From assembly GCA_019313825.1 (NCBI GenBank), contig JAFDAM010000004.1, forward strand, positions 1-58,889: 58,889 nucleotides of DNA, given 5' to 3'. A program made the position numbers and the translations under genes. Below the pieces are notes generated by a model. That model did not search any database, was not told where the DNA came from, and was given only the letters and a program-made list of their open reading frames with translations. The stretch is from Deltaproteobacteria bacterium. GTDB lineage: Bacteria; Desulfobacterota; DSM-4660; Desulfatiglandales; HGW-15. Every line of letters begins with the position of its first letter. Position 1 is the first letter of the stretch. Shown in pieces: positions 1 through 10,240 of this stretch.

Positions 1-21
1 GCGCTTGCAAAATCACCCGAA

Positions 22-113
22 TTATGTGTAGTAAATTAGTAAACAGTAAAGGAAACAAAGGGAAGGACGGAAAGAAATGGGCTGAACTTCACATAATCCA
101 GAACTTCACATAA
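22..113. repeat. Three ACT(T/A)CACATAA 11-mers (one inverted, two direct), possible recombinase-binding or element-end sites
   Basis: ttatgtgtagt 22-32; acttcacataa 86-96 and 103-113; tyrosine recombinase remnant 1.5 kb away. Confidence 0.45.
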
Positions 114-319
114 CGTTTTCATATTATTATCCTTTTACCTAACCTACCACCTTCAAAATCTGTGGGTTGAATGATAATAGCATCATAAATAATGAGGTTA
201 TTATGTTCTTAGGCTAGCTTTGAATTTTTGCCATCTTTCTAAACCGATAATTACGTCTGTGAACTTTGAACATCAAGGATCATAATAAAATATAGAAAAA
301 GCTACAAGCACGAGCTTGA

Positions 320-1222
320 TCAATGCAAAATGAGAAAAGCACCTAATGCTGTGACCAACATTCCAAGGGCAATTTTAAATGTGAATATTTCAATATTGCG
401 GTTAATAAGAAAAGAAAAGAAGAAGACAAAAAATATGCTGGTACCAAGAAGGGGCGCAACCATATTGGCAGGGCTATATCTAAGAGCGGTATAGTAAAGC
501 AATACCGCAGTGGAAAGACTGAAACTGCCAACCATTAGAGGGATAAAGCCTTTTTGAAGTCTAAGCTGCATTATTTGCTTTCTATAATGTCCCATAAAAA
601 GAAAACAAGTCATTATTATAAAAGCTACCATGTAAGAGACGAAAGCCCCCACGAATGAGGAACCAATCTCCCTTACTGCAGGTTTAATCAGTATTGGAGA
701 TGTTCCCCAACAAAGAGCACCTCCCAGTCCTGCAATGATACCTTTGAATTCCTTTCCAGAGAACCCCCTTCGTTTTTTTTCACGAACGCTTTTTGTTTCC
801 GTGCTGACCAGGACCGCTCCGCCTACAATACATAAAACACCTAAGAGAATGAAGACCGTAAGAGTCTCATTTAAAAAAAATACTCCAAAAATCACAGCGT
901 AAATAGGGAAAGTCCTTAAGAAAGCGCCCGATTTATTTGCACCGATAAGCCGAAATGCGTTGTAAGCCAGAAATCTGCCGGCCACAAAGTGAATTATTCC
1001 GGTTAACCCAAGTAATATAAGTGCACGACAGGATATGCCTAGTAATATGCTCCACTCTCCTCTGAGAAAAACGATCGCTGCGAAAATGGGTAACCCAATA
1101 AAAGCAGTGATAACAACACCTGTGAATGACTCTCCAGTCTGCGATGCTGCCTTTCTGATATTTACATCACTAAATCCAAAAGCCGCTGCTGCACAAATAG
1201 TTAAAAACAAGCCTGTCTCCAC
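320..1222 (-). CDS. DMT/EamA family transporter
   Basis: 300 aa, about 10 hydrophobic helices in two repeats, GANKSG..LRTFP and FLNETLT motifs; AT-rich. Confidence 0.85.
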   Translation of the reverse strand: METGLFLTICAAAAFGFSDVNIRKAASQTGESFTGVVITAFIGLPIFAAIVFLRGEWSILLGISCRALILLGLTGIIHFVAGRFLAYNAFRLIGANKSGAFLRTFPIYAVIFGVFFLNETLTVFILLGVLCIVGGAVLVSTETKSVREKKRRGFSGKEFKGIIAGLGGALCWGTSPILIKPAVREIGSSFVGAFVSYMVAFIIMTCFLFMGHYRKQIMQLRLQKGFIPLMVGSFSLSTAVLLYYTALRYSPANMVAPLLGTSIFFVFFFSFLINRNIEIFTFKIALGMLVTALGAFLILH

Positions 1223-1421
1223 TGAGGTCCCCTGTATAAAAGTGTTTAATCCTAAGATGTTAAGGATTTCATATCCATTAACTTTTTCCGGATTTAATCG
1301 TTAGTTTGACCAGATTATAGACTTCGCAAATTATTGGTTAAGAATTATTCTGTCTCTAGCTCTAGGTTGAAGATTACTTGCCACTGTACGTAACAAAAGG
1401 TAATTGACGATATTTAACTGG

Positions 1422-1538
1422 GAATTCCCTACTGCTTGCAGCAGGGATGGTAACAAGGTTTAGCTGAAATCCTCTTTATCGGATATGCTGCGCAGATCCG
1501 ACGTGATACCCCGCAGCTTGCTGCGGGGAGAATTCATT
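1422..1538 (+). mobile_element. Short hairpin-ended non-autonomous element (IS200/IS605-type, PATE-like)
   Basis: Left hairpin ccctactgcttgcagcaggg (1427-1446); right hairpin ccccgcagcttgctgcgggg (1509-1528) followed by ttcatt, an end shared with the 27804 and 31013 repeats. Confidence 0.55.
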
Positions 1539-2292
1539 GGAGAAGTATAGTTTTTCAGGAGTATACAATACTTTCTCTTCTGAAAGCCACCATAAAGATC
1601 ACCCACTTTATATCAATTTAAAACCATATCTTCAAGATTTCCCCAAAACTGATAAACCTATCCCCGCCTTTAATGGACGCAAACGACGTGGTCTGGATCC
1701 TGATGATGTGAAGAAGCTGCTTGGTGTTGTTAAGGACATAAGGGATCGGGCCATGGTGTTGGTGTTGTTAAGGACCGGTATGAGGATTGGGGAGTTGTTG
1801 AATACCCTGGTCAGTGAGGTGAATCTCAAAGAGAGAAAGATTGAGGTTTATGAAGCGGAGAAGACGCGTGTAGGAAGGGTTGTGTATATCATTGATGATG
1901 CAATAGCTGCCTTGAAGGCATGGCTCAGGAAAAGAGATTCGAAGTATGAATATTTCTTTTATGGTCGAGGAGGTAATCCATTGACCTATGCGGCAGCTCG
2001 AAATAGGTCCCAGATGTGTCTTGAGAAAGCAGGTCTTTCCCACAAGGGATACAGCCCTCATTGTTTACGTCACACCTTTGCCACCGAGTTGCTGAATGCC
2101 GACATGAGGTTGGAATGTCTTCAGCCATTGTTGGGGCACAGCTCCATTGAGATGACCAGGCGTTATGCCAGACTAACCGATAAGAGACGTGAAGAGGAGT
2201 ATTTTCGAGCCATGAGTAAAATAGAAGGGGGGGGGGGGGGGGGCGGATTCGATAGTGAGTCACAAATGAACTCCAAATTTAATGGATATTAG
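1537..2292 (+). pseudogene. 5'-truncated tyrosine recombinase (catalytic domain only)
   Basis: TGMRIGE, HCLRHTFA, LLGH and RRY motifs; the first ~50 aa look non-homologous; G17 tract near the 3' end. Confidence 0.75.
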
Positions 2293-2662
2293 TCGATCTC
2301 ACACTGGTAAATCCCTATGAAAGGCCTTAGCGGATTGTTGATGCAGAACAGCTAAAAAATGAAGCTCTGAGGGACACGAGAATCGACGATCAGATCAAGA
2401 CACGATGTTTATTATTCATGATTTTTCAGCGAAAGGGGGTGAATCAGTGCCTTTGAAGCCTAGCCAGCTGCTAATCTAACTGAAGGGAGGTGATAGAGAA
2501 AAGGACTTTGTCCCTGAATAAAAGTAAGGTAAGAAAAAAGCTTGACAATCATTAAAAACCAGGAAAAGATAAGAGCATGTAACCTGCCAACATAACTAGT
2601 AAAAACAGGATTTGCTACGTATGGCTTGCCATTGTCCTCAATTCATCAACATCTCATTATAG

Positions 2663-2791
2663 TTACTGACCGGCATGCAAGCCTTCAGGCAAATACCCAA
2701 GCGCTTCCTTAAACACACGTAACTGATCAAAACCCGCAGGAACATTGCCATCTCTGAACTCTGTATGAGCAATAACCCCCTGTTCCGACCC
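2663..2791 (-). pseudogene. IS1380-like transposase fragment
   Basis: Manual translation SEQGVIAHTEFRDGNVPAGFDQLRVFKEALGYLPEG; EFRDGNVPA motif recognised from memory. Confidence 0.55.
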
Positions 2792-2874
2792 CGGTTTGAC
2801 AGTTCGCAGTTCGCTTTTTATCCCGGATTATGCAGCAAGGGAACTACTACATAACCCGGGCTTACGGTTTCTCA

Positions 2875-4188
2875 TCATTTTTTATAAGATCCGTAGATCC
2901 CTGAAAATCCGTCGGGAGAAATCCCCAACAGGCAACCAACAAGTATGGTTAAGTTGATTAGTGTTGTACTAACAATACCCAACTTACTCCACCTGCGACC
3001 TGAAGTAATTGCGGGGACAGGTACTATCCCAATTTGACCTTTTTTTGAAACTTTACGCACCAGCAAAAGATCTTCGGCTATCTTCACATCAGGGAATCCT
3101 CCGGCAGATTCAAATGACGCTCTTCCCAGGAAAAGAGCCTGGTCACCATATGGCAGCTTCAGGTATATGGACCGAAGATTGACAAGATGCTCGATAACCC
3201 TCATTAACGGGTTCGCAAGATCAGTCTTGAAACGAAACGCACCCAGGATAATAGTTGGATCCATGAGGTTTTCAAAAACAAGAGTTCCATACTCTTTGGG
3301 TAAAAGAGTGTCAGAGTGGAGGAATAACAGCACTTTCCCGTTGGATTCCTCAGCTCCTCTGTTCTGTTGAACAGCCCTGCCTTTTCTACTCCTGACCACG
3401 CGCGCCCCTGCCGTATTTGCCAGGTGAATCGTGTTATCATCACTTCCGCCATCCGCGACAATTACTTCCGTATTCTCATCAATGGCATTGCGAACTGTGT
3501 GCTGTATTTTCTTCTCCTCATTGAACGCGGGAATAATAACGGATATGTAGGGCCTATATCGTGCCTCGGATGAGTTCCAGTTTCTCACATCATCAATGGT
3601 GTCAATGTCATTGAGTAGTTCGAGCAATTGGTACGCAAGCTTTTGATCCTTGGCCCTGGAAACAGTCTGTTCAAGGACTTTTTCAGTTCCCCATTCAATA
3701 CCTTGAAAGAGGTCCAATGGACGTTTAAGGCCTATCAACCAGTAGCCGCCGTCAATGCTTGGCCCGAGCACAAGATCCTTATAGGCGAGCAGATCATAAG
3801 CCTGGATTAAATGATCGGACCTCATCCGGGGGATATCGGTTCCTATGAGAATAACGCGACTATAGCCTTTCTGGAACGCGTCAAGAAACGCTGATTGCAT
3901 ACGTCTGCCGATATTCCCTCGAACTTGTCTCAAAAAAAGAATATCGCTCCCCAGCCATCTTCGCATCTTTTTTTTGTTTCCACCTTCAAACTGGACCTCA
4001 GCATCCATTTCGCGGTGTAATAAAAATGATCTAACCGTTCTAAGGGTCTTTTCAGTGAGCCTTCGCTGTAGATCAGCAGCGCCCAAAGTCCCCAGATCGG
4101 AGATAAGGCGGGTCTTTGTTCTCCCGGGGACAGGATAACGGCTGAATATTATTAGTTTGTCAATGAAAGTACGATCCTTGTTAAGCAT
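2875..4188 (-). CDS. Fused arsenosugar-cluster glycosyltransferases (TIGR04282-like + TIGR04283-like GT2)
   Basis: N-half PGRTKTRL, IGTDIP, GPSIDGGYWLIG, DIDT; C-half IIPAFNEE, LFLHSD, PYGDQ, TSGRRW. Confidence 0.85.
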   Translation of the reverse strand: MLNKDRTFIDKLIIFSRYPVPGRTKTRLISDLGTLGAADLQRRLTEKTLRTVRSFLLHREMDAEVQFEGGNKKKMRRWLGSDILFLRQVRGNIGRRMQSAFLDAFQKGYSRVILIGTDIPRMRSDHLIQAYDLLAYKDLVLGPSIDGGYWLIGLKRPLDLFQGIEWGTEKVLEQTVSRAKDQKLAYQLLELLNDIDTIDDVRNWNSSEARYRPYISVIIPAFNEEKKIQHTVRNAIDENTEVIVADGGSDDNTIHLANTAGARVVRSRKGRAVQQNRGAEESNGKVLLFLHSDTLLPKEYGTLVFENLMDPTIILGAFRFKTDLANPLMRVIEHLVNLRSIYLKLPYGDQALFLGRASFESAGGFPDVKIAEDLLLVRKVSKKGQIGIVPVPAITSGRRWSKLGIVSTTLINLTILVGCLLGISPDGFSGIYGSYKK

Positions 4189-4291
4189 CTTTAGTTGAGT
4201 TTTTTTAGTAGCTCTTTATTTCAATGTTGTCCAATAAAAATCGGTTTTGGGTAAGGGTGTCTTTAGTTAATCCATCATTGATAAAGGATCA

Positions 4292-4497
4292 AATTTTAGT
4301 TGCAACACATGCCACGTTAAATCGAAAAGCAAGAAGAACCGGAATCCCTTCGGAAAAGACTACGAACGGATCGGTATTGCGGCAGACGAAAAATATACCG
4401 AAGATCTTGGAAACTGGATTCTGACGGCGACGGCTTTATTAACGACCAGGAATTCAAAGCCGGCAGCAATCCCGGGGACCCTCAGTCAAAGCCTTGA
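4292..4497 (+). pseudogene. Remnant of a CxxCH heme protein with a DSDGDG motif
   Basis: FSCNTCHVK..RNPFGKDY..EDLG, then a one-base frameshift to LDSDGDGFINDQEFKAGSNPGDPQSKP*; no in-frame start. Confidence 0.65.
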
Positions 4498-4565
4498 ACC
4501 AGTTCCGGTTGGCAATATTTCAGATGTTACATTAAGCCTTAAATAGAGACTGTATCTCAGGTCTA

Positions 4566-5657
4566 CTATTGTTGTCTTGGACGTTCCCCCAGGTCTACTT
4601 CAACTTCCTTAAATCGATCATCACGCAGGATCTTTAATACAACCCTCTCCCCTGGCCGCTTCTTGGATACCATCCTGACAAAATCATCAGAAGAGTTGAC
4701 AGGTGTCCCTTCAAAGGCAACCACTATGTCACCGCCGATGGGAAGCAACGCGTTACCCACATTTAACATCTTTGTGCCGCCCTTCAATCCCGCCTTGTCC
4801 GCGGGTCCACCACTGAGGACCTCCATTATCATTGCGCCACGCTCTACCTTGAGATCCAACTCCTTGGCAAGCCCGGGAACAATGGGGAAGAGGGTCACTC
4901 CAAGCCAGGGATGGGAGACATACCCTTTCTCTATGAGGTCAGGGATAATCCGCTTGACCGTATCCACCGGAACTGCGAATCCGATCCCTATGTTCCCGCC
5001 TGAAGGAGAGAAAATTGCCGTATTGATCCCGATAATCTTTCCGTCACTATCCAGCATCGGGCCTCCGGAGTTCCCGGGATTTATTGCCGCATCGGTCTGG
5101 ATGAGATCTTCCATTAATATGCCGCCTTCTGACCGGATGGAGCGCCCCAGGGAGGAGATGATACCGGTAGTAAGTGTCTGCTGAAGCCCAAAGGGATTTC
5201 CAATGGCTATCACTTTTTGCCCCACTTCCAGGTCCTTTGAACTTCCCAAAGGCAGCACATGGAGCTTTTCAGGAGGGGTATCTATCTTTACGATGGCCAG
5301 ATCGTTGTAAGGGTCGGTTCCCACCAGTTGTCCCCTCCACTTGCTCCCATCAGAAAGGGTCACCTCGATGCGCTGTGCATTTTTGATAACATGGTTGTTT
5401 GTAAGTATATATCCCTTGGGGTCAATTATGGCCCCTGAACCGGCGCCCTCGCGAGGTACAACCCCCTGGTAGAAATTGCGTTCAAGGACAATGGTAGTGA
5501 TGTTTACGACGCCCGCGCCCGCTTTCTTATAGACAGAGATGCTGTTCTTCTCATCCTCGGTAAGTGCCCATGAGTTGGAATAAGCTTGCGCAGCGAAAAG
5601 AAACAGGATCAAGATCAGGCCGGAGACCTTCCAATTCCTCAATAATCTTGTATCCAT
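4566..5657 (-). CDS. HtrA/DegP-like periplasmic serine protease (trypsin + one PDZ)
   Basis: Signal peptide, TNNHV, DLA, IQTDAAINPGNSGGP, C-terminal PDZ. Confidence 0.92.
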   Translation of the reverse strand: MDTRLLRNWKVSGLILILFLFAAQAYSNSWALTEDEKNSISVYKKAGAGVVNITTIVLERNFYQGVVPREGAGSGAIIDPKGYILTNNHVIKNAQRIEVTLSDGSKWRGQLVGTDPYNDLAIVKIDTPPEKLHVLPLGSSKDLEVGQKVIAIGNPFGLQQTLTTGIISSLGRSIRSEGGILMEDLIQTDAAINPGNSGGPMLDSDGKIIGINTAIFSPSGGNIGIGFAVPVDTVKRIIPDLIEKGYVSHPWLGVTLFPIVPGLAKELDLKVERGAMIMEVLSGGPADKAGLKGGTKMLNVGNALLPIGGDIVVAFEGTPVNSSDDFVRMVSKKRPGERVVLKILRDDRFKEVEVDLGERPRQQ

Positions 5658-5701
5658 TTTATCCTCCTTTCAAGACGATTCTATAAATTTGTACTATTTG
5701 T

Positions 5702-6009
5702 CAGTAATGTCCGGTTAGGATTTTACAATGCTGTCATATGGAAGTTAATGACCGGTGGGGGTCTCTTTTCATGGTCGAACTGCATTATGTGCAGTGCATC
5801 CGCATGAAGCCGGAGGAGGCGGACGGGGGGCTTCCTCGGATATTATCCGATTCGAACGAGGCTGAATAACGGAGAAGCATTCCGTCCGCCTGGCAGGCAC
5901 CTTTTATAAAAGTTTTGCTTCTAACCCGTTCGCCATTGAAAAGAGACCCCCACCGGCCATCTTTAAAATACAAATGTCATTAATGCAAAATCCTAACCGG
6001 ACATTACTG
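5702..6009. mobile_element. 308-bp MITE with 23-bp perfect terminal inverted repeats and 9-bp target duplication
   Basis: TIR CAGTAATGTCCGGTTAGGATTTT at both ends; ACTATTTGT at 5693-5701 and 6010-6018. Confidence 0.9.
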
Positions 6010-6042
6010 ACTATTTGTATATCCCTTCTAAATACATTATAT

Positions 6043-6063
6043 CCTATCTACCTGAGCAGTTAC
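6043..6063. repeat. Dispersed 21-bp repeat CCTATCTACCTGAGCAGTTAC (copy 1)
   Basis: Identical at 29761-29781; variants at 24787-24810 (inverted) and 26689-26712. Confidence 0.75.
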
Positions 6064-6755
6064 TCAGGTTTTATCCTTTTGAGAATCTTAGGTATAAAAA
6101 AAGATAATATAAAGAGTGCCAGTGAGAGAAAGACCTTTAATGAGATTAAGCGACCCCAGTCACCGGATACCCAGACCTCTTTTAAAGTCCCGATAAAGAA
6201 GGTAAAAAGAAAGGTTCCAACTACTATACCCAGGGCTGTGCCTGTAAAATAGTCCCGGAAACGCACCTTGGTCAGACCCATGCCAAAGTTCATGGGCGTG
6301 AAAGGGAAGTATACGAGACGAAGATAGAGGGTCGTTGCGAACCCGTTTCTCTCTATGGCATCGTCATACTTTTTCAGTTTATCGCCTGTAAGAGAGGAGG
6401 CAAACTCCCTTCCCAGGGTGCGGCCAATAAAGAACGCGGCGCTGGCGCCGAGCATGGCCCCCACCCATACATACACGAAACCCCAATAGGCACCGAAGAT
6501 AGCAGCCCCAAGACCTGTAAGAAGGGTGCCTGGAATAAAAAGGCATACTCCCACAGCATATACAATCATAAATATGAGTGAAGCCCATATACCCGCGCTG
6601 TCAAGAAAGGTCCCCAGCTTCTCTATGGTCAGATAGTCCTTTATGGGAGTAAAACGTACCAACAGGATTGCAGCCACGATAAATGCCAAAAAGGCAAGGG
6701 CCTTTATCAATGCATTCTTGCGGCTACCGGCAGTTGCTTCCACGGCCTCTTCCAC
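6060..6755 (-). CDS. TVP38/TMEM64 (DedA/SNARE-associated) membrane protein
   Basis: LFIPGTLLT, FFIGRTLG, LRLVYFPF..NFGMGLT motifs. Confidence 0.9.
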   Translation of the reverse strand: MEEAVEATAGSRKNALIKALAFLAFIVAAILLVRFTPIKDYLTIEKLGTFLDSAGIWASLIFMIVYAVGVCLFIPGTLLTGLGAAIFGAYWGFVYVWVGAMLGASAAFFIGRTLGREFASSLTGDKLKKYDDAIERNGFATTLYLRLVYFPFTPMNFGMGLTKVRFRDYFTGTALGIVVGTFLFTFFIGTLKEVWVSGDWGRLISLKVFLSLALFILSFFIPKILKRIKPE

Positions 6756-6845
6756 ATTGTTTCTCCTTAGTTATCTCCCAGCTTTTAAAGGCTTTTAGAT
6801 TAACTATTTCTCATGTCAAGGATTCTAAAAAATATATTTTATTAA

Positions 6846-7025
6846 CCACAGACGGACGCAGCCGGACGCGGACTAATGGTTCCGCGACTTGCGGAACCAT
6901 TAATAGTCATGCCCTGAGGGTAGAACCCTTTTCTCATTGAGATTTAACCCGATTCATTTAAGTTCTATCGGGATTGATATTTTGTCCGGTTCCGTTTTTA
7001 TCGGAAGCAGCCAAAAAGTCTGTGG
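6846..7025. repeat. Intergenic palindromic element
   Basis: ccacagac/gtctgtgg outer inverted repeat; internal stem taatggttccgc-gactt-gcggaaccatta. Confidence 0.5.
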
Positions 7026-7089
7026 CTATCGGTGCATGTCTGCGTAAAAACTACTATTATCATACTTGCTCGCTCACAAAGCAAAGCTT

Positions 7090-7135
7090 GGTACATCAAT
7101 AAAAAGACATGAACTCAGGTCTCAATGGCACCGCC
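7090..7135 (-). promoter_or_regulatory. Putative bacterial SECIS element
   Basis: After UGA: GGUGC/GUACC lower stem and GAC-UG/CA-GUC upper stem with an AGUU loop about 20 nt from UGA (folded by eye). Confidence 0.55.
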
Positions 7136-8128
7136 TCATGTAAAGCCGGCACCGGCAGTACATGTATAGCAGTGGTCCGCAACAGCAATAGTAGTTCCCG
7201 GTTCCGGCGGCCCGGCCATATCTGAGATATGGATTCTCTTACCTCCCATACCAAGCCCCCTTGCCAGATTGAAATCGCAGTCATAGAGATAACCGTCCCA
7301 TGAGACAGAGACAAGGCTGCGACACATAACCCCTTCCATAGCACATGGGTTAAACTTAGAAGTAAGTCTTTGCATGTATGAGTCAAGATTGCCTGTCTGT
7401 TTGAGCCACGTACGGAACCGTCCCAACGGCACATTAGCGAAACTGAAAAGGTTCGTAAACTCTACCCCCAATCGCTCTCGCAGGACCTGACGGAAACGCT
7501 TTTCGGTCTGGGACTGGGACGGTGGGAGGAAGGCGCCTGTGGGATTTGAGATCAGGTCAAGCTCAAGTTCTGAACCATCTCTTCCATATCCAAGGGTATT
7601 GAGTCTTTTTAACGCTGTAATACTATCATTAAAAACACCCTCTCCCCTCTGTGAATCCAATTGAGCTTCATTAAAAGACGGAAATGAAGCCACAACCACA
7701 ACTCCATGTTCTCTAAACAGCTCTATCAAGTGGTCTCTTGCCCCGTCATTCAAGGCGGTCAGGTTGGATCTAACCATTACCTTTGCTGTAAGGGATGATA
7801 ACTTTTCCACAAGATAGGGGAGATACGGATTCAGTTCAGGCGCGCCGCCGGTAATATCAACCACCCCAAAGCTGCATCTTTCAGCATAGGAGATCACCTG
7901 TTCCGCGGTCTCCTGATCCATGTTCTCCCTGCGTGTGGGGCCCGCGCTCAGGTGGCAGTGTTTGCATCTCTGGTTGCACAGGAGACCCACATTGACCTGC
8001 AAGGTTGAGGTCTTCTCCCTCTCCAGTCTAAGGCCGTGTCTGTATAGTGTGAGCTTGAAGGGCTCTATATCGGAGGATCTTTCCTCTGAATTACTATTAG
8101 AGTCTTGTATTATTGCTTCAGGACTCAT
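7115..8128 (-). CDS. arsS: Arsenosugar-type radical SAM selenoprotein (Sec at UGA 7136-7138)
   Basis: CNQRCKHC radical SAM motif, DITGGAPE, MCRSLVSVSWDGYLYDCDFN; C-terminus HCYTCTAGAGFT-U-GGAIET*. Confidence 0.85.
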
Positions 8129-8233
8129 ATCTTCACCATTGTTATCGCTTTAGATTTTGATTGGCCTATAAAATTTTTTAACAATACGAACGCCATATCG
8201 CTAATGACCACTGACAACCAACAACTGGCAAAT

Positions 8234-8566
8234 CTACATTGACAACTTTTCCGCGATATTGCGCATCTGGATTCCATGCACAAGGGATGCCCCTCCCCTG
8301 ATGGCTGTTACCACGTGGACCGCCTCGGTCATTTCTGCCACATTGGAGCCTTTCTCGAGGCACGACCGGGTAAATGCATCGATACAGTATGGACACTGGA
8401 TTGTATGGGCAACTGCCAGGGCAATGAGTGATTTCTCTCTCTCCGTAAGCTCACCCTCAGAGAACACAGCACCGTAATAATCAAAAAATTTTGTGGCCAG
8501 TTCCTGGGCCTCTTTACCAATCTCTTCAAATTTCGGAAGGTCTTCAGGCTTGTAATATGTCTCCAT
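8234..8566 (-). CDS. AhpD/CMD-family peroxidase-like protein associated with arsS
   Basis: LTEREKSLIALAVAHTIQCPYCIDA, AIRGGASLVHG. Confidence 0.9.
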   Translation of the reverse strand: METYYKPEDLPKFEEIGKEAQELATKFFDYYGAVFSEGELTEREKSLIALAVAHTIQCPYCIDAFTRSCLEKGSNVAEMTEAVHVVTAIRGGASLVHGIQMRNIAEKLSM

Positions 8567-8662
8567 TTATCGATTCCCCCTTATTAACAGTATCAATTAA
8601 CATCCGTTATGGGTGCCCATTAGAATAATTGTGACATCTTGGTTAAATACACTGGTTAACAG

Positions 8663-10231
8663 CTACCAGCTATCAGCCATCAGCTTTTTCACGGCATGCG
8701 GTCCCTCGCTTCCTGCCTCGTATGGCATAAGCATCTCCCGTCGTTCACCACATGTCTCGCATTCCTGTAGAATAGGCGTCAAGAATGACCAGCAAAGCTC
8801 AACGCCGTCCTGCCGCCAAAACAGCATATGATCCCCCAGCATGCAGTCAAGCAGCACCTTCTCGTAGGCATCAAACTCAGGGCCTTCATAGCTCTGGTCA
8901 TAATGAAAATCCATTGTCACCGATCTCAGACAGACTTTCGCACCCGGATTCTTTGTCTGAAAGGTAAGCGTTATCCTTTCATCCGGATATATACCGAGGA
9001 TCAAACGATTTGCAGATATGTGCTCCCCCAGTGTCTGCCTGAACATGGAATGGGGGACCTCTTTAAACTGTATGGCGATCTCCGTTAACTTTCTCTTAAG
9101 CCTCTTTCCTGATGTAAGATAGAAAGGAACTCCCTGCCAGCGCCAGTTATCAAGATACACCTTCAGCATGGCAAAGGTAGGGATAAGGGAATCAGGGCTT
9201 ACCCCGGGTTCATCCCTATAGGCAGGCACCCTCTTGCCGTCTATGGCACCGGCTCCATATTGGCCAAGGACAAGATAATCCTGCAATCTGTCAACAGGGA
9301 AGGGCCTAAGTGACCGATAGACCTTGACCTTCTCGTCACGCACCCTGTCCGCCTCAAAGAGTGAAGGAGGTTCCATGGCCGTCAGGGCAAGGATCTGCAT
9401 CATATGATTCTGGAACATATCCCTGAGCACACCGGCCTGCTCGTAGTACCCGGCGCGATGCTCCACTCCAAGTGATTCAGCCGTAGTGATGCTCACATGG
9501 TCGATATACCTCCTGTTCCATACCGGCTCAAAGATGGCGTTGGAAAAACGGAACATTAATATATTCTGTACCGTCTCCTTTGCGAGGTAGTGATCTATCC
9601 GAAATATCTGGTGCTCCTTAAAGTATTCATGGATGGTGCGGTCAAGCTCCACCGCGGTATCAAGGTCACGGCCAAAGGGTTTTTCCACAACGATCCTGCT
9701 CCATACCCCTTCCTTCTCCTTTGAAAGACCGACCTTACCCAGCATCTGTGCCGTTGAACTGTAAAGGGTAGGAGGAATGGCAAGATAGAAGATCCTGTTT
9801 CCCCCTGTCTTATACGTCTTGTCGAGTTCATCAAGGGATATTTTCAGGTCTTTAAATGTGGAGAGATCATCATATATGATCGATCGATAATAAAGGTGCG
9901 ATGCGAACTCCTGCCAACTTGAATTATCAACGCTTTCATCTTCGTTTATGGCTGCTCTCATCTTATCTCTGAAGCCGTCATCGCCCAGTTCTGTGCGAGC
10001 GCAGCCCACTACAAGAAAGTCTTTTGAAAGGCCTTTATTTTTAAATAACATATAGAGGGCAGGAATAACCTTTCTTACCGTAAGATCACCGGACGCTCCC
10101 AGGATAACGATGGTGCAAGGATCGGCCATCCCCTCCAACAGGCAGCTTTCGGGAGCGATATCCATATCAAGACCGCTTTCCTCAACGATCATAGTTGCTT
10201 TTTCCCCCTGGTTTTCAGTCAGGTCATCCAT
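8663..10231 (-). CDS. zwf: Glucose-6-phosphate 1-dehydrogenase
   Basis: GASGDL, EKPFG, RIDHYLAKE, RDMFQNH, WQGVPFYL. Confidence 0.97.
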   Translation of the reverse strand: MDDLTENQGEKATMIVEESGLDMDIAPESCLLEGMADPCTIVILGASGDLTVRKVIPALYMLFKNKGLSKDFLVVGCARTELGDDGFRDKMRAAINEDESVDNSSWQEFASHLYYRSIIYDDLSTFKDLKISLDELDKTYKTGGNRIFYLAIPPTLYSSTAQMLGKVGLSKEKEGVWSRIVVEKPFGRDLDTAVELDRTIHEYFKEHQIFRIDHYLAKETVQNILMFRFSNAIFEPVWNRRYIDHVSITTAESLGVEHRAGYYEQAGVLRDMFQNHMMQILALTAMEPPSLFEADRVRDEKVKVYRSLRPFPVDRLQDYLVLGQYGAGAIDGKRVPAYRDEPGVSPDSLIPTFAMLKVYLDNWRWQGVPFYLTSGKRLKRKLTEIAIQFKEVPHSMFRQTLGEHISANRLILGIYPDERITLTFQTKNPGAKVCLRSVTMDFHYDQSYEGPEFDAYEKVLLDCMLGDHMLFWRQDGVELCWSFLTPILQECETCGERREMLMPYEAGSEGPHAVKKLMADSW

Positions 10232-10240
10232 TCTCTGTCT

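Noticed and set aside
2574-2590. Sigma-54-like TTGGCAGGTTACATGCT on the minus strand
   Set aside because: No nearby downstream gene or activator sites; may be chance
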